Shown here: positions 1 through 10,304 of the stretch, one piece after another
Numbering within the stretch: the stretch's first letter is position 1
How the letters are laid out: every line of letters starts with the position of its first letter
Origin: Candidatus Marinacidobacterales bacterium
GTDB taxonomy: Bacteria > Acidobacteriota > Vicinamibacteria > Marinacidobacterales > DATDRI01
Assembly: GCA_965226495.1 (NCBI GenBank)
Contig: OZ245365.1
Span: 3,904,001-3,968,000 of the forward strand
Reading direction: 5' to 3'
DNA: 64,000 nucleotides
The notes under the pieces: generated by a model
Seen by the model: the letters and a program-made list of their open reading frames with translations, nothing else
The model's database searches: none
What the model was told of the DNA's origin: nothing
Translations under genes and position numbers: made by a program

Positions 1-1188
1 AGCCTGCAGACCTACAAATACCTCTGGGAGGAGCTCAACAAACGGGAGTTGGGAGGTTTCCAATTCGAGGGCGTGCCTACCACGGCAACGCTTTCGGGCT
101 TCCTTACCGCCCTCGCCCGCGTGCGCTCAGCCAACATGGGAGGCCTTGAGGAGGTCAACCAGACGCTGGCCCAGCAGGGAATCACGAACCTCCAAGCGCT
201 CCCGGTGCGCGATGCCGAGGACTCGACAGAGGACCTAGAACGGCCCGACCGACGGCAGCGCGCGATCCAAGCCTATCAACAAGCTCTGGACTTCATCAGG
301 GAGTCCATAACGAATCTCGATTCGCCGGCGCAGCTCAACTTACGCCAGGCAAAGCGCACGGTTCAGAGGCTGGTGGACCTGAGCTTCGAAGAAGGAGAGG
401 GGTTTTCGCTGGCCGGGATGGCCTCCATCAAAGATCACGACAACTACACGTTCAATCACATGGTCAACGTAAGCGTGCTCTCGATCGCCTTTGGTCAACG
501 CTTGGGACTCAAGCGACAAGACCTCGCCCAGCTGGGACTCTGCGCGCTGTACCATGACATGGGAAAATTGCATATCCCTCTCGAAGTCCTGAACAAGAAG
601 GGCTCACTGACCGAGGAAGAGTGGGCGGTGATGGGCAACCACACGGTCTACGCAGCTCGGACGCTTTTTCCTCTTATCGCCGATGACCCGGGCACGCTCC
701 ATCGGATTCTAACCGCGCTCCAGCACCACCTCGGCTTCGACGGTAGCGGATATCCAAAGCTGAAGCTTCGCACCCGGCAAGGACTCTTTACTCGTATCAC
801 GTCGATCACCGACGCCTTCGACGCCATGACCACGAAACGCATCTACCAAAAGCAATTCCTTCCGAGCGAAGCGCTGACGATCATTCAGAAAGCTGCGGGC
901 GGTCGGTACGACCCCCTTCTCGTCAAGGCGTTCATTAATTGCATGGGTATCTTTCCCATTGGCTCGACGGTCTTAGTGACAACCGGAGAGCTTGGCGTGG
1001 TCGTGGAATCCAATCCCGATCCTGACCGATCTCACCAGCCCAAAGTCAAGATCGCCTCCGACACGAACCGCAATTTAACCGATCCCCAACTTGTCGACCT
1101 TAGTCATGCCAGTCAGGCCAACCGTGCTATCGTCAAGTGCGTCGATCCGGAGGCCTTTGGCATCAATGCCGCTCATTATGTCGTCTAA
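1..1188 (+). CDS. HD-GYP c-di-GMP phosphodiesterase (5' end outside window)
   Basis: Frame open from base 1; motifs YTFNHMVNV, HDMGK, GSGYP, DAFDAMTT. Confidence 0.9.
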   Translation, partial: SLQTYKYLWEELNKRELGGFQFEGVPTTATLSGFLTALARVRSANMGGLEEVNQTLAQQGITNLQALPVRDAEDSTEDLERPDRRQRAIQAYQQALDFIRESITNLDSPAQLNLRQAKRTVQRLVDLSFEEGEGFSLAGMASIKDHDNYTFNHMVNVSVLSIAFGQRLGLKRQDLAQLGLCALYHDMGKLHIPLEVLNKKGSLTEEEWAVMGNHTVYAARTLFPLIADDPGTLHRILTALQHHLGFDGSGYPKLKLRTRQGLFTRITSITDAFDAMTTKRIYQKQFLPSEALTIIQKAAGGRYDPLLVKAFINCMGIFPIGSTVLVTTGELGVVVESNPDPDRSHQPKVKIASDTNRNLTDPQLVDLSHASQANRAIVKCVDPEAFGINAAHYVV

Positions 1189-2230
1189 GAAACGTTCGAA
1201 GAGGGTCAGGGCGAAGCGCTCCATCGTCTGGATCGGCGGAACCGGTCTACCAACCCGTGGCGCCGGACGGGAGCTAGAGTCTCTCGGCCACCCACTTCAC
1301 TGGGAGCCGGTCGCCTTGGCAACGCCGGATAGAGTCCTCGAGCTAAACCCGGTGGTTGTGGTGGTCGAAGCGAGTAGCCGATCGACTATCGCAAGGAAAC
1401 TCCTCGTGACGCTCGAGGAGCTGCGGAAGACTCAGGAGTTCTTCGTTTTCTTGCTGCTCGACCGGGAGCCTAGGAAGCGTACCCCACATGCCGATGCTTA
1501 TATCGTCAAGGGACGCGGAATGGTCACTCAATTCAAGGGTGCGCTACGTGCCGTTCTCGCCACCGAGGCGGTCCGAGAACGTGCCCGACGACGGATCAAG
1601 AAGCTGGAGGAAGAAGCGAGGGAGCTCCGGCGGCTGGTCGTGCGCGACGACTTGACCTGTCTCTTCAATCTACGCTTCTTCAATCGAACACTGGAGAACG
1701 AGCACTCTCGCGCCATGCGCTTCGATCGCGAGTATTCGCTCGTCTTCATCGATCTCGACGGTTTGAAAGAAGTGAACAACCGTTTCGGACACATAGCCGG
1801 AGGTCGCGTCCTCAAGCAGGTCGGGGATTACATCGGAGAAAAGTTACGAAAGATCGATATCCCCGCTCGTATCGGTGGTGACGAGTTCGTCATCATCTGT
1901 CCTGAAACTCCGAAGATGAGCGCGCGCTTGGTCGCGGAACGGATCCGTCAAGGCATTGAAGAGCTCAACCGACAGAAAAATGGCCCGCCGATGGAGATCA
2001 CAGTCAGCATGGGAGTAGCCGCCTTTCCCGACGACGGAGACACGCCGGAGCAGGTTCTAGACCATGCCGACCGCGCGCTCTTCGAGGCCAAAGCCCAGGG
2101 CAAGAACCGGGTCTGCTGCTGGGGAGAATTTCCGAGCGATCGCAAGCCAGAGTACCGCGGCTCGGTCCACGGCCGGCGCCCGGAGGAGGATGCCCGGCTC
2201 GAAACGGAAAAAATCGAGATCGAGAAGTAG
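1178..2230 (+). CDS. Diguanylate cyclase with degenerate receiver-like N-terminus
   Basis: DDLTCLFN, intact GGDEF, RxxD I-site (RKID); ATG at 1178 overlaps end of HD-GYP gene. Confidence 0.88.
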   Translation: MSSKKRSKRVRAKRSIVWIGGTGLPTRGAGRELESLGHPLHWEPVALATPDRVLELNPVVVVVEASSRSTIARKLLVTLEELRKTQEFFVFLLLDREPRKRTPHADAYIVKGRGMVTQFKGALRAVLATEAVRERARRRIKKLEEEARELRRLVVRDDLTCLFNLRFFNRTLENEHSRAMRFDREYSLVFIDLDGLKEVNNRFGHIAGGRVLKQVGDYIGEKLRKIDIPARIGGDEFVIICPETPKMSARLVAERIRQGIEELNRQKNGPPMEITVSMGVAAFPDDGDTPEQVLDHADRALFEAKAQGKNRVCCWGEFPSDRKPEYRGSVHGRRPEEDARLETEKIEIEK

Positions 2231-2335
2231 GTTTCAGCTCCCGCCTGACGATAGCCGTCCTTCCCTTGGCTTCAACTGCCAATTCCCAACTATTCGTGAT
2301 AGCCTCTGCCGAACGCTAAATTCAAGGAGGCGACC

Positions 2336-3565
2336 ATGGGCGAAAGAGTTTCGAGACGAGGCTTTTTGGGCTCCACTTTGGGAGGCGCGGTTGGAATGAG
2401 CTTGGCCGGACACAGCGAGGCCTCTGCCGCCTTTACCGCCGGTATCGAGCCGATGCGTCTTCCGGATCCGACGAACGTATGGGATCTGCCGACCCCGGCG
2501 CTCGTCGTTGACTTGGACGCCATGGAGTCCAATCTCAAGAAAATGCAGGACTTCTTGGCCGGAAAAACGGCGAAGCTTCGCCCCCATACTAAGACCCACA
2601 AGTCGCCGATCCTCGCCAAAAAGCAGCTCGAGCACGGCGCCATCGGCATTTGCACCGCGAAGGTCAGCGAGGCGGAGGTGATGTTGGAGGGTGGAATCAA
2701 TAACATCCTTATTACTTCGCCGGTCGTGACTCCGGAGAAAATCGAGAGGGTCATCCAGCTGGCCCGCAGGAGTCCCGACGTCGAGATCGTCGTGGACCGT
2801 GAGAGCAACGTGGCAGATTTCAACGATGCCGCGGGCATCGCGAGGACGAAGCTTTCGGTGCTCATTGAGCTCGATACCGGTACCAACCGCACAGGGATCG
2901 AGATGGGCAAACCGGCTATGGATCTGCTTCAGTCGATCGCCAAGAGTCCCAACCTCACGTTCGGAGGAATCCAGGCCTACGCAGGCCAGTGTTAACACCT
3001 GAAGGGCTACAAGTATCGCAAGATGCGGTCCGAGCAGGCGTTGGCCCGGGCGCTCACGATGAAACACGAGATGGAAAAGGCGGGCATCGAAGTTCCGGTG
3101 CTGACCGTCGGCGGTACCGGCACCTATAACATCGACGCCGACATCGAGGGAGTCACCGACCTCCAAGCAGGGTCGTACTTGTTCATGGACGTCGACTACC
3201 GCGGCATCGGAGGCAAGACGGGCGCCGTTTATGATGACTTCCAGCCCTCGCTTTTTGTGATTGCCACTGCCATCAGTCAACCGATGAAGGGCCGCATCAC
3301 CATCGACGCAGGCCTCAAGGCGTTCGCCACCGACAAGACGCCAGCACTCAGAGACATTACCGGAGTCACCTATCGCTTCGGGGGCGATGAGCACGGAATC
3401 CTCGAGTTCAAGGAACCCTCGAAGGAGATCAAGGTAGGAGACAAGGTGGCGTTACTCGCCTCACATTGCGATCCAACCGTCAATCTCTATGACCAGTACT
3501 ACGCGTACCGAGGAGAGCAGGTCGAGGAGATCTGGCCGGTGGCCGGAAGAGGAAAATCGCAGTAA
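2336..3565 (+). pseudogene. DSD1/D-threonine aldolase-like PLP enzyme with Tat signal, interrupted by in-frame TAA at 2993-2995
   Basis: SRRGFL Tat motif; LRPHTKTHK PLP lysine; ORFs 2336-2995 and 3023-3565 share one frame (YAGQC*HLKGY); C-terminal DEHG and HCDPT motifs. Confidence 0.8.
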
Positions 3566-3584
3566 GCGTTTCGGAAAGGTTTCG

Positions 3585-3633
3585 GGGACAGGTTATTTAT
3601 CTTTTCTCATTTGGGAGGTGAATAGCCCGTCCC
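3585..3633. terminator. Imperfect inverted repeat between convergent genes (terminator or REP-like)
   Basis: gggacaggttattta ... tgaatagcccgtccc followed by ttttt. Confidence 0.55.
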
Positions 3634-3636
3634 TTT

Positions 3637-5112
3637 TTATCTAGTCACACTGCCGTCCCTGGCGAGTTTGCCTGGCAACTCTAACCCCTGACTCAAACCT
3701 ATCATCCCGTCGTAGAGCTCGCTGCGCTCTTCACGCAGCTGGTGGATGGCGTCGGAGCGCCGGGCGCGAGTGAACCGGACCCGTATCGCTCGTAGCGTTT
3801 CCTGAACCAGTCGCTGATAGTGGAGAACGACGAACCCACCGAGCGCACTCAAGACGAAGGCCAAGACTCCCGTCAGAAACGGGGCGTTCGGAATCCTGGG
3901 GTAGATCGGATGGAGCGCCGCGACGCCGGCGCCGGCGAGAATCGCGATCACCAGCCACGTGAGAGGAAAAGCGACGGCTCCCAGCAGCAGCTTCACCGTG
4001 GCCTCGTCCTTGTAGGCCCGTGACGCGCCTTTGGACACGGCCGTCACCACAAGCGCGGTTGGCACGTTGGCGACAAAGCCCACGAGAAGAACGGGCGGCA
4101 AAAGCAGGTACACCAGGATCACCTGAAGGAGGAATACTGCTGCCACCCAGTGCGAACGAAGCCGCGGATTGCCGTCGAGCTCATGATCGTGAAGCCCGAA
4201 GGCACGGAGATCCTGGTCGTAGTCGCCGACTCGAGACAAGAGCGCATCGACTTCCTGCGGATGAGTTTTCATGAGCGCCCGGTAACCCGTCCAAAGACGA
4301 GCGAAACCCAACTGGCGCTCCGCCATGTCGGGACGATCGAGAGAGGCTCCTGCCCGGCTCGCGCGCTCGGCTCGAATCAGCTTGCGGCCACGATGCAATA
4401 AATAATGAAGTTCCCAACTCTCGGTTGCATGGACGACCTCGTGAAGTGTCCGCTCGATCTCGTCGGTGAGGCGACGGTACTTCTTCCTGGCTTCCTCGAA
4501 GGAAGCTTCAGGCGCGGGGGGCTCCGCCAACTCGGGATCGAGCTCGAGAGGGGGGTGAAACGCCACGAGTGCGTTCGAACCAAAAACTCCCTTCTTGTCG
4601 TAATGGAGTCCGACCGGGATGACCACGGGTTTGACGCCGGCCTCAGACGTCAGTTCGGTTGCTCGATAGAAAAGTCGTGCCGCGCCGGTCTTGAGCTCTT
4701 GCGGCTGCGGCTCGTCGTGGCTCACTCCTTCTGGGAACAATGCGGCAAACGCTCCGTCCGCAACCGCTCGGGCCAGCGCATCCAAGCTTTGCGTGTTCGC
4801 GGCGGGTCGCTCGGAGTGACCCTCGCCGGACGCCACGTCCTGACGCCGATAGATCGGCACGGTTCCTAGTTGCCGCATGAACCAGCCGAGAATCGGCCAC
4901 CGAAAAAGGCCATGCCGCGCACCAAAGACGACCGGTCTCGGAAAGTGCGTCAGGATGAGGGCGCCATCGACAATGGCGTTGGGGTGCCAGGAAACAACGA
5001 TGCCGCCGCCGGTGGCAGGTATGTGCTCGAGCCCAGTCGCCTCGATTCGGCGGAAGAATAGGCGATTCAGTAGGCCGAGCGCCTGAACAGTTTGTCGATA
5101 GCCGCGAGCCAT
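3637..5112 (-). CDS. Phospholipid/glycerol acyltransferase (PlsC-like) with C-terminal membrane helices
   Basis: HPNAIVD (HxxxxD) and FPEG motifs; start placed at MARGY, uncertain. Confidence 0.85.
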   Translation of the reverse strand: MARGYRQTVQALGLLNRLFFRRIEATGLEHIPATGGGIVVSWHPNAIVDGALILTHFPRPVVFGARHGLFRWPILGWFMRQLGTVPIYRRQDVASGEGHSERPAANTQSLDALARAVADGAFAALFPEGVSHDEPQPQELKTGAARLFYRATELTSEAGVKPVVIPVGLHYDKKGVFGSNALVAFHPPLELDPELAEPPAPEASFEEARKKYRRLTDEIERTLHEVVHATESWELHYLLHRGRKLIRAERASRAGASLDRPDMAERQLGFARLWTGYRALMKTHPQEVDALLSRVGDYDQDLRAFGLHDHELDGNPRLRSHWVAAVFLLQVILVYLLLPPVLLVGFVANVPTALVVTAVSKGASRAYKDEATVKLLLGAVAFPLTWLVIAILAGAGVAALHPIYPRIPNAPFLTGVLAFVLSALGGFVVLHYQRLVQETLRAIRVRFTRARRSDAIHQLREERSELYDGMIGLSQGLELPGKLARDGSVTR

Positions 5113-5233
5113 GACGAGCGCTGCCATTCTGTCACAGGATGCCGATGGTGTGCGTTCATCGCGTGATCCGCAGGCGACCAAGATTGGCGTGGTCACCGAC
5201 AATTCCATCGTGCTAGGCTCCTCAACGACCGAT

Positions 5234-5394
5234 CGACGCTCCACCTCGCACAACTTTATGGTGAACGGAATCGACAACATTCGGCGTACGGTTGAAAGAT
5301 CTCGGATCAACCCATCCGCTACATCGTCAACACCCACTACCACCCGGACCATCAGACCGGGAACCGTTTCGTCGGCCCCAAGGAGAGTAACTAG
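5234..5394 (+). pseudogene. Mosaic gene debris: TonB-receptor-like peptide joined to a metallo-beta-lactamase-fold fragment
   Basis: 5234-5278 reads RRSTSHNFMVNGIDN; 5296-5394 in another frame reads KISDQPIRYIVNTHYHPDHQTGN (HxHxDH) with no start codon. Confidence 0.55.
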
Positions 5395-6536
5395 CTGGGC
5401 CGGGAGACAACTGAAGGGGCGTTGCCTGGAGAAACCATGAGCCCCTCGAGTAGCCGGAAGAGCCCCCCGAGGCCCATAGACTGCACCGGTTGCTCACCGA
5501 TACTAATGGCGAGCAGGCGATCGAAGAGCTCGGGTTTGCGAGCCAACGTTGCGATGACCCGCTGCCGCAGCCTTGGCTGGCGAGCTACGGTAAGGAGGAG
5601 TCCAGTCATCCAATAATAAGTGCGGCTGAGACGACGGTACTCTTCTTCATAAAATGCCAACCTCCTGCCCTCGGCTAGCGTCTCGGCGAGAGAGCGCGCA
5701 CAGTGGAAAGCGAGCGACAAGCCCTCGCCGGTAATGGCATCGAGATATCCCGCCGCATCGCCTACCAGCGCAAGATTCTCTCGATAACGGCACCGCACTC
5801 GTTGGCGAAAGGATCCGGCCCCGGCTGCGTCGCTTGCGACGGCAGCGTCTCCGAGACGCTCGACGAGACGCGGGAACTTGCTCAGCAAGTCTACGAACCC
5901 TCCAGGCTCCTCGCTCGAGAGCAGAGCGACTCCGACCTCCTCCGAACCGACGGGCGTCACGTAGGCCTCGCTTCCATCGGTCCAGTGCACCTCAACGAAA
6001 GACGACCATGGACGCGCCCGGAAGTGACGTCGCACGCCGAATCGCCTTGCACCACGCCGGCTCATTTCCAACCCGGCTTGTTTGCGAATCTTGCTATGAA
6101 GACCGTCCGCACCGATGAGAAAACGGGCTGAGATGGCTCCCCCATCGGTCTCGACGACGGCACGCTCGCCGTCGTGACGCCATCTATCCACCGTCACGCC
6201 GTAGCGCAGTTCGACTCCCAACTTTTCGGCGCGCTCCAACATCGCCTGGACGAGCGCAGTGCGGCGGACACCCCAGCCGGGTCCTCGTCGAAACCGTCCC
6301 TCGGCGAGGATGTCTCCGTCAACATAACGAATTCCGTGGAACCTGGAGTGCTGTACATGGACACCCATCTCCTCGAGAAGGGCCACACCGGGCGGCATGA
6401 TCCCCTCGCCGCAAGGCTTGTCCAAAGGAAGAGAGCGCCTGTCGAGGACGGTCGAGGAGAGTCCCGCACGCGCCGCAAAGATCGCGGTAGCCAGTCCCGC
6501 CGGACCTCCACCTACGATCACGAGATCGCTAGTCAT
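5391..6536 (-). CDS. FAD-dependent oxidoreductase/monooxygenase (SrsC/FtpE-like)
   Basis: GGGPAG, DKPCGEG, GADGLHS, VGDAAGYLDAITGEG. Confidence 0.85.
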   Translation of the reverse strand: MTSDLVIVGGGPAGLATAIFAARAGLSSTVLDRRSLPLDKPCGEGIMPPGVALLEEMGVHVQHSRFHGIRYVDGDILAEGRFRRGPGWGVRRTALVQAMLERAEKLGVELRYGVTVDRWRHDGERAVVETDGGAISARFLIGADGLHSKIRKQAGLEMSRRGARRFGVRRHFRARPWSSFVEVHWTDGSEAYVTPVGSEEVGVALLSSEEPGGFVDLLSKFPRLVERLGDAAVASDAAGAGSFRQRVRCRYRENLALVGDAAGYLDAITGEGLSLAFHCARSLAETLAEGRRLAFYEEEYRRLSRTYYWMTGLLLTVARQPRLRQRVIATLARKPELFDRLLAISIGEQPVQSMGLGGLFRLLEGLMVSPGNAPSVVSRPS

Positions 6537-6595
6537 TTTCTGCGCGTAGTCTATCCCGCTGGAAACTTGGCTTCCAGCTACGATAGGCTAGCCCA

Positions 6596-8824
6596 ATGTC
6601 AGCCGTTGGAGTGAGCTCCCGCCGAAAGGAAGGACCGGAGAAACTCTGCGGTGTAGCGAAGTACATCGACGACTACAAACTCCCGGGATGCCTTTACGGG
6701 GTCACCCTCCGTTCGTCGATTCCATACGGCCTCATAACGAATATTCGTTTCGACCCGAAATTCCCCTGGGACGAATGCGTCATCGCCCGCGCAGAAGATA
6801 TTCCCGGCAGAAACTACGTGGCCTTGATCGAAGAAGACCAACCGCTCTTGACAAAAAAACAAGTGATGCACGCGATGGAGCCCATTCTGGTCGTCGGCCA
6901 TCCGGTCCGCCAGACCGCGTACGAAGCACTGCGGCATATCGAGGTGCACTACGAGGAAAAGAGGCCGGTCCTTTCGATGGAGGAATCCATCGACCTCGAG
7001 CAAGTCCTTTATTCATCGGACAACGTCTTCAAACGCTTCCTCATCGAGAAGGGAGACACCGGAGCCGGCACCGCGGGCGCGGATTTCGTTGTCGAGGGCG
7101 TGTACCGGGTCCCCTATCAGGAACAGGCGTACATCGAGAATAACGGAGTCGCGGCGTGGGAAGAAGATGGCACGCTCGTCGTGATGGGCTCGATGCAATG
7201 CCCCTACTACGTTCATAAGGCGATGAAGTCTCTTTTCCCGAGACCGGAGGACAATATCCGGATCATCCAGACGGCGACCGGAGGCGGGTTCGGCGGCAAA
7301 GAGGAATACCCGAACATGATCGCCGGACACGCGGCGCTACTGGCGATCAAGGCGGGACGTCCGGTCAAGATGATCTATGACCGGCACGAAGACATGCTCG
7401 CCACCACGAAGCGCCATCCGGCCCGCGTCCGACATCGTACCGGCGTCCGCAAAGACGGGAAACTCCTTTCGCAAGAGATCGAGATTGTAATGGACGGGGG
7501 AGCTTATGTGACCTTGTCACCGGTGGTCTTGTCGAGAGGGGCACTCCATGCCACGGGCCCTTACGATTGCCCGAACGTGCGGATTCTCGCGAAAACCGTG
7601 GCCACCAACAACCCACCCAGCGGGGCGTTCAGAGGCTTTGGAGCGCCACAAACGCTGTTTGCAGCCGAGCTCCACATGGAGAAGATCGCAGCGACTCTAG
7701 GTATCGATTCCCTCACCCTGAGGCGGCGCAATCTCTTTAAGGAAGGCTCGGTGACCGCCACCGGGCAGGTCCTTCGAGAGAGCGTCGGCGCATCCGACGT
7801 TCTCGAACGCACGGTCAAGCGTAGCAAGTACCTCGACAAGCGGAGGGAGTATGCTCGCTGGAATCGTCAAAAGAGTCGTTCGAGTTGGAAGGGCGTAGGC
7901 CTTTCCGTCGTTTTTCACGGCGCCGGCTTCACGGGTGCGGGCGAAGTGCATCTCGCGAGTCGAGCCGGGGTTTCACTGACACGTGAGGGTGAGATTCACA
8001 TAGAGGCGGCTTCCACCGAAATCGGGCAAGGCACGAACAGTATGTTCGCGCAGATCGTGGCCGAGACGCTCGAGGTGCCCTATGAGTGGATCCGGACCGA
8101 CACACCCGACACCGGTAAGGTGCCCGACAGCGGGCCGACGGTTGCGAGTCGGACGTGCATGGTTGTGGGTGGACTCCTTCGCCGCGCCGCCCTCCGCCTC
8201 AAGGCGGCAGTTACGGAAGCCGAGGGGAGTTTTCCACGAACGCGCCGCGGTCTACGAAAGGCGGCGGCGAAGCTCGCAAATGGAGACTCCGCGGTCCGTT
8301 TCGTCGAAGAGTACGAAAAACCAGAGGAGGTCCAGTGGGACGAGGATAAGTATCGAGGAGACGCTTACGGTGTTTACAGCTACGCCGCGATGGTGGTGGA
8401 CATCGAGATAGACAAACTCACGTACGAGGTGAAGATTCGAAAGCTCACGACGGCGCAGGATATTGGCAAGGCGATCAATCCCCTTCTCGTCGAAGGGCAA
8501 ATCATTGGCGGGACAGCCCAGGCGCTCGGTTATGCGCTCCTAGAGAACGCAGTCTACGAGAACGGTACGATGCAAAACGCTCAGTTCACGAACTACATCA
8601 TTCCCACCACACTCGATACACCGCCGATGATCGTCGACCTCATCGAAAAGCCATACTCGCGCGGTCCGTTCGGCGCCAAGGGGGTGGGCGAGTTACCGTT
8701 CGATGTACCCGCACCCGCGATCGCCGCTGCGGTCTTGAACGCCACTGGCCTTTTCATCCCCGAGCTCCCACTCCTTCCGGAACGCATCTGCCGAGCCCGA
8801 CATGGTCAAACTGAGCATCAATAG
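6596..8824 (+). CDS. Xanthine dehydrogenase family molybdopterin-binding subunit
   Basis: GGGFGGKE, AFRGFG, EIGQG, GPTVASR, GAKGVGE. Confidence 0.93.
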   Translation: MSAVGVSSRRKEGPEKLCGVAKYIDDYKLPGCLYGVTLRSSIPYGLITNIRFDPKFPWDECVIARAEDIPGRNYVALIEEDQPLLTKKQVMHAMEPILVVGHPVRQTAYEALRHIEVHYEEKRPVLSMEESIDLEQVLYSSDNVFKRFLIEKGDTGAGTAGADFVVEGVYRVPYQEQAYIENNGVAAWEEDGTLVVMGSMQCPYYVHKAMKSLFPRPEDNIRIIQTATGGGFGGKEEYPNMIAGHAALLAIKAGRPVKMIYDRHEDMLATTKRHPARVRHRTGVRKDGKLLSQEIEIVMDGGAYVTLSPVVLSRGALHATGPYDCPNVRILAKTVATNNPPSGAFRGFGAPQTLFAAELHMEKIAATLGIDSLTLRRRNLFKEGSVTATGQVLRESVGASDVLERTVKRSKYLDKRREYARWNRQKSRSSWKGVGLSVVFHGAGFTGAGEVHLASRAGVSLTREGEIHIEAASTEIGQGTNSMFAQIVAETLEVPYEWIRTDTPDTGKVPDSGPTVASRTCMVVGGLLRRAALRLKAAVTEAEGSFPRTRRGLRKAAAKLANGDSAVRFVEEYEKPEEVQWDEDKYRGDAYGVYSYAAMVVDIEIDKLTYEVKIRKLTTAQDIGKAINPLLVEGQIIGGTAQALGYALLENAVYENGTMQNAQFTNYIIPTTLDTPPMIVDLIEKPYSRGPFGAKGVGELPFDVPAPAIAAAVLNATGLFIPELPLLPERICRARHGQTEHQ

Positions 8825-9314
8825 GAAACGACGGCTCTACCGAGGAGACGCGTTCAAACGTCTCATCGATGTGTTGCGCGAGGATTATGACCTCACCGGC
8901 ACCAAGGAAGGCTGCGGCGAGGGCGAGTGCGGCGCCTGCACGGTGTTGGTGGATGGAATGCCGGTAAACAGCTGCCTCATCCCCATCTGTCAGATGGAGG
9001 GGCGAAAGGTAGAAACCGTAGAGTCGCTAGGCAAACCCGAATCGCTCAACGTCTTGCAACAGTCGTTTCTGAACGAAGGAGGCACGCAGTGCGGGATCTG
9101 TACGCCGGGTTTTTTGATGACGGCATGGGCCTATGTGCGTCAAGGTGGCAGCGACGACCCCAGGTCCATCCGCGAGGTCTTGGCGGGAAATCTATGCCGT
9201 TGCACCGGCTACCAGCACATCGTGAACTCGGTCATCGAGACGGTCCGCGAAAGGAACAAACCTCGGACAAGACGGGCTGGGCGACGAAAGACCCGCGGGA
9301 AGAAAGTTAAATGA
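8802..9314 (+). CDS. Xanthine dehydrogenase family 2x[2Fe-2S] subunit
   Basis: GCGEGECGAC, QCGIC, NLCRCTGY. Confidence 0.93.
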   Translation: MVKLSINRKRRLYRGDAFKRLIDVLREDYDLTGTKEGCGEGECGACTVLVDGMPVNSCLIPICQMEGRKVETVESLGKPESLNVLQQSFLNEGGTQCGICTPGFLMTAWAYVRQGGSDDPRSIREVLAGNLCRCTGYQHIVNSVIETVRERNKPRTRRAGRRKTRGKKVK

Positions 9315-10177
9315 GAGGCGCATCGTTCACGATGGAGGTATTGCGTCCCAAGGCGCCTCGGGATGCGGTGGACATGCTCGGCCGGCATCCCGACGCGATC
9401 CCGTTGGCCGGCGGCACGGACTTCATGGTGGCCTGGAATGCCGGGGAGCTTAACGGCAAAAAGATCCTGGATCTCTCCGCCCTCAAGGACTGGAGCCGTA
9501 TCCGAACGCTTCAAAGGGGTCTAAGGTTTGGCTCCCTCGTCAACCATTGGCAGATTCAAAGTCACGCAGGAGCTCAGAAAGCATTTCCGTTGCTGGTGGA
9601 TGCGTGCGGAACGATCGGCGGCGCGCAGATCCAGATTCGCGGGACGTTGGGCGGCAACATTGCCAACGCTTCGCCGGCCGGTGACACGTTTCCCTCTCTG
9701 GCAGTCTACGAAGCGTCGATCAGTACCGTGTCGCCTCGAGGCGAGCGAACGATCCCGTTCTCGGAGATATTTACCGGAGTCAAGAAGACTTCGCTAGGCC
9801 CTTCCGAGCTCATCGAAAAAATCGAGATCCCTTTCCTCGCTGGCCGGCCACGACGACAGATGTTCTGGAAAGTGGGAACCCGCGCCGCTTCCGCCATCTC
9901 GAAGACAGTCGCTGCAGGTCTCCTATGGATGAAACGAGACGGCACCGTCCGCGAGCTACGGTTTGCGCTAGGAAGCATGGCCCCCACCGTTCGCAGACTG
10001 AAAAGCGTGGAAGCGTTCGTCGTCGGCAAGAAACCGATTGGCAAAGTGCTCGACGAGGCCTGTGCCCTCCTCGAAAAGGACGTCTCCCCCATCGACGATA
10101 TCCGCTCCACCGCCGAGTACCGTATGGAGGTCTCGAAAAACATACTCCGGTCCTTCCTCGATCCCGCGAGCCAATAA
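9311..10177 (+). CDS. Xanthine dehydrogenase family FAD-binding subunit
   Basis: LAGGTD, TLGGNIANASPAGD, PIDDIRSTAEYR. Confidence 0.92.
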   Translation: MRGASFTMEVLRPKAPRDAVDMLGRHPDAIPLAGGTDFMVAWNAGELNGKKILDLSALKDWSRIRTLQRGLRFGSLVNHWQIQSHAGAQKAFPLLVDACGTIGGAQIQIRGTLGGNIANASPAGDTFPSLAVYEASISTVSPRGERTIPFSEIFTGVKKTSLGPSELIEKIEIPFLAGRPRRQMFWKVGTRAASAISKTVAAGLLWMKRDGTVRELRFALGSMAPTVRRLKSVEAFVVGKKPIGKVLDEACALLEKDVSPIDDIRSTAEYRMEVSKNILRSFLDPASQ

Positions 10178-10304
10178 CTCTCGTACCCCGAGCACTTCTC
10201 GCCCTTCTAGCCATCTCGTCAAGATATACTGCCCCTGTCGATGGGACCACGCCCCCAACTTGTTGTATTATTAAAGGATATTCAGCCCAAGGAGAATCCA
10301 GATC

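Noticed and set aside
2234-3394. 386-aa minus-strand ORF and other long antisense ORFs (e.g. 31872-32813, 43019-43780)
   Set aside because: Shadow frames of real genes in GC-rich DNA; no recognisable motifs
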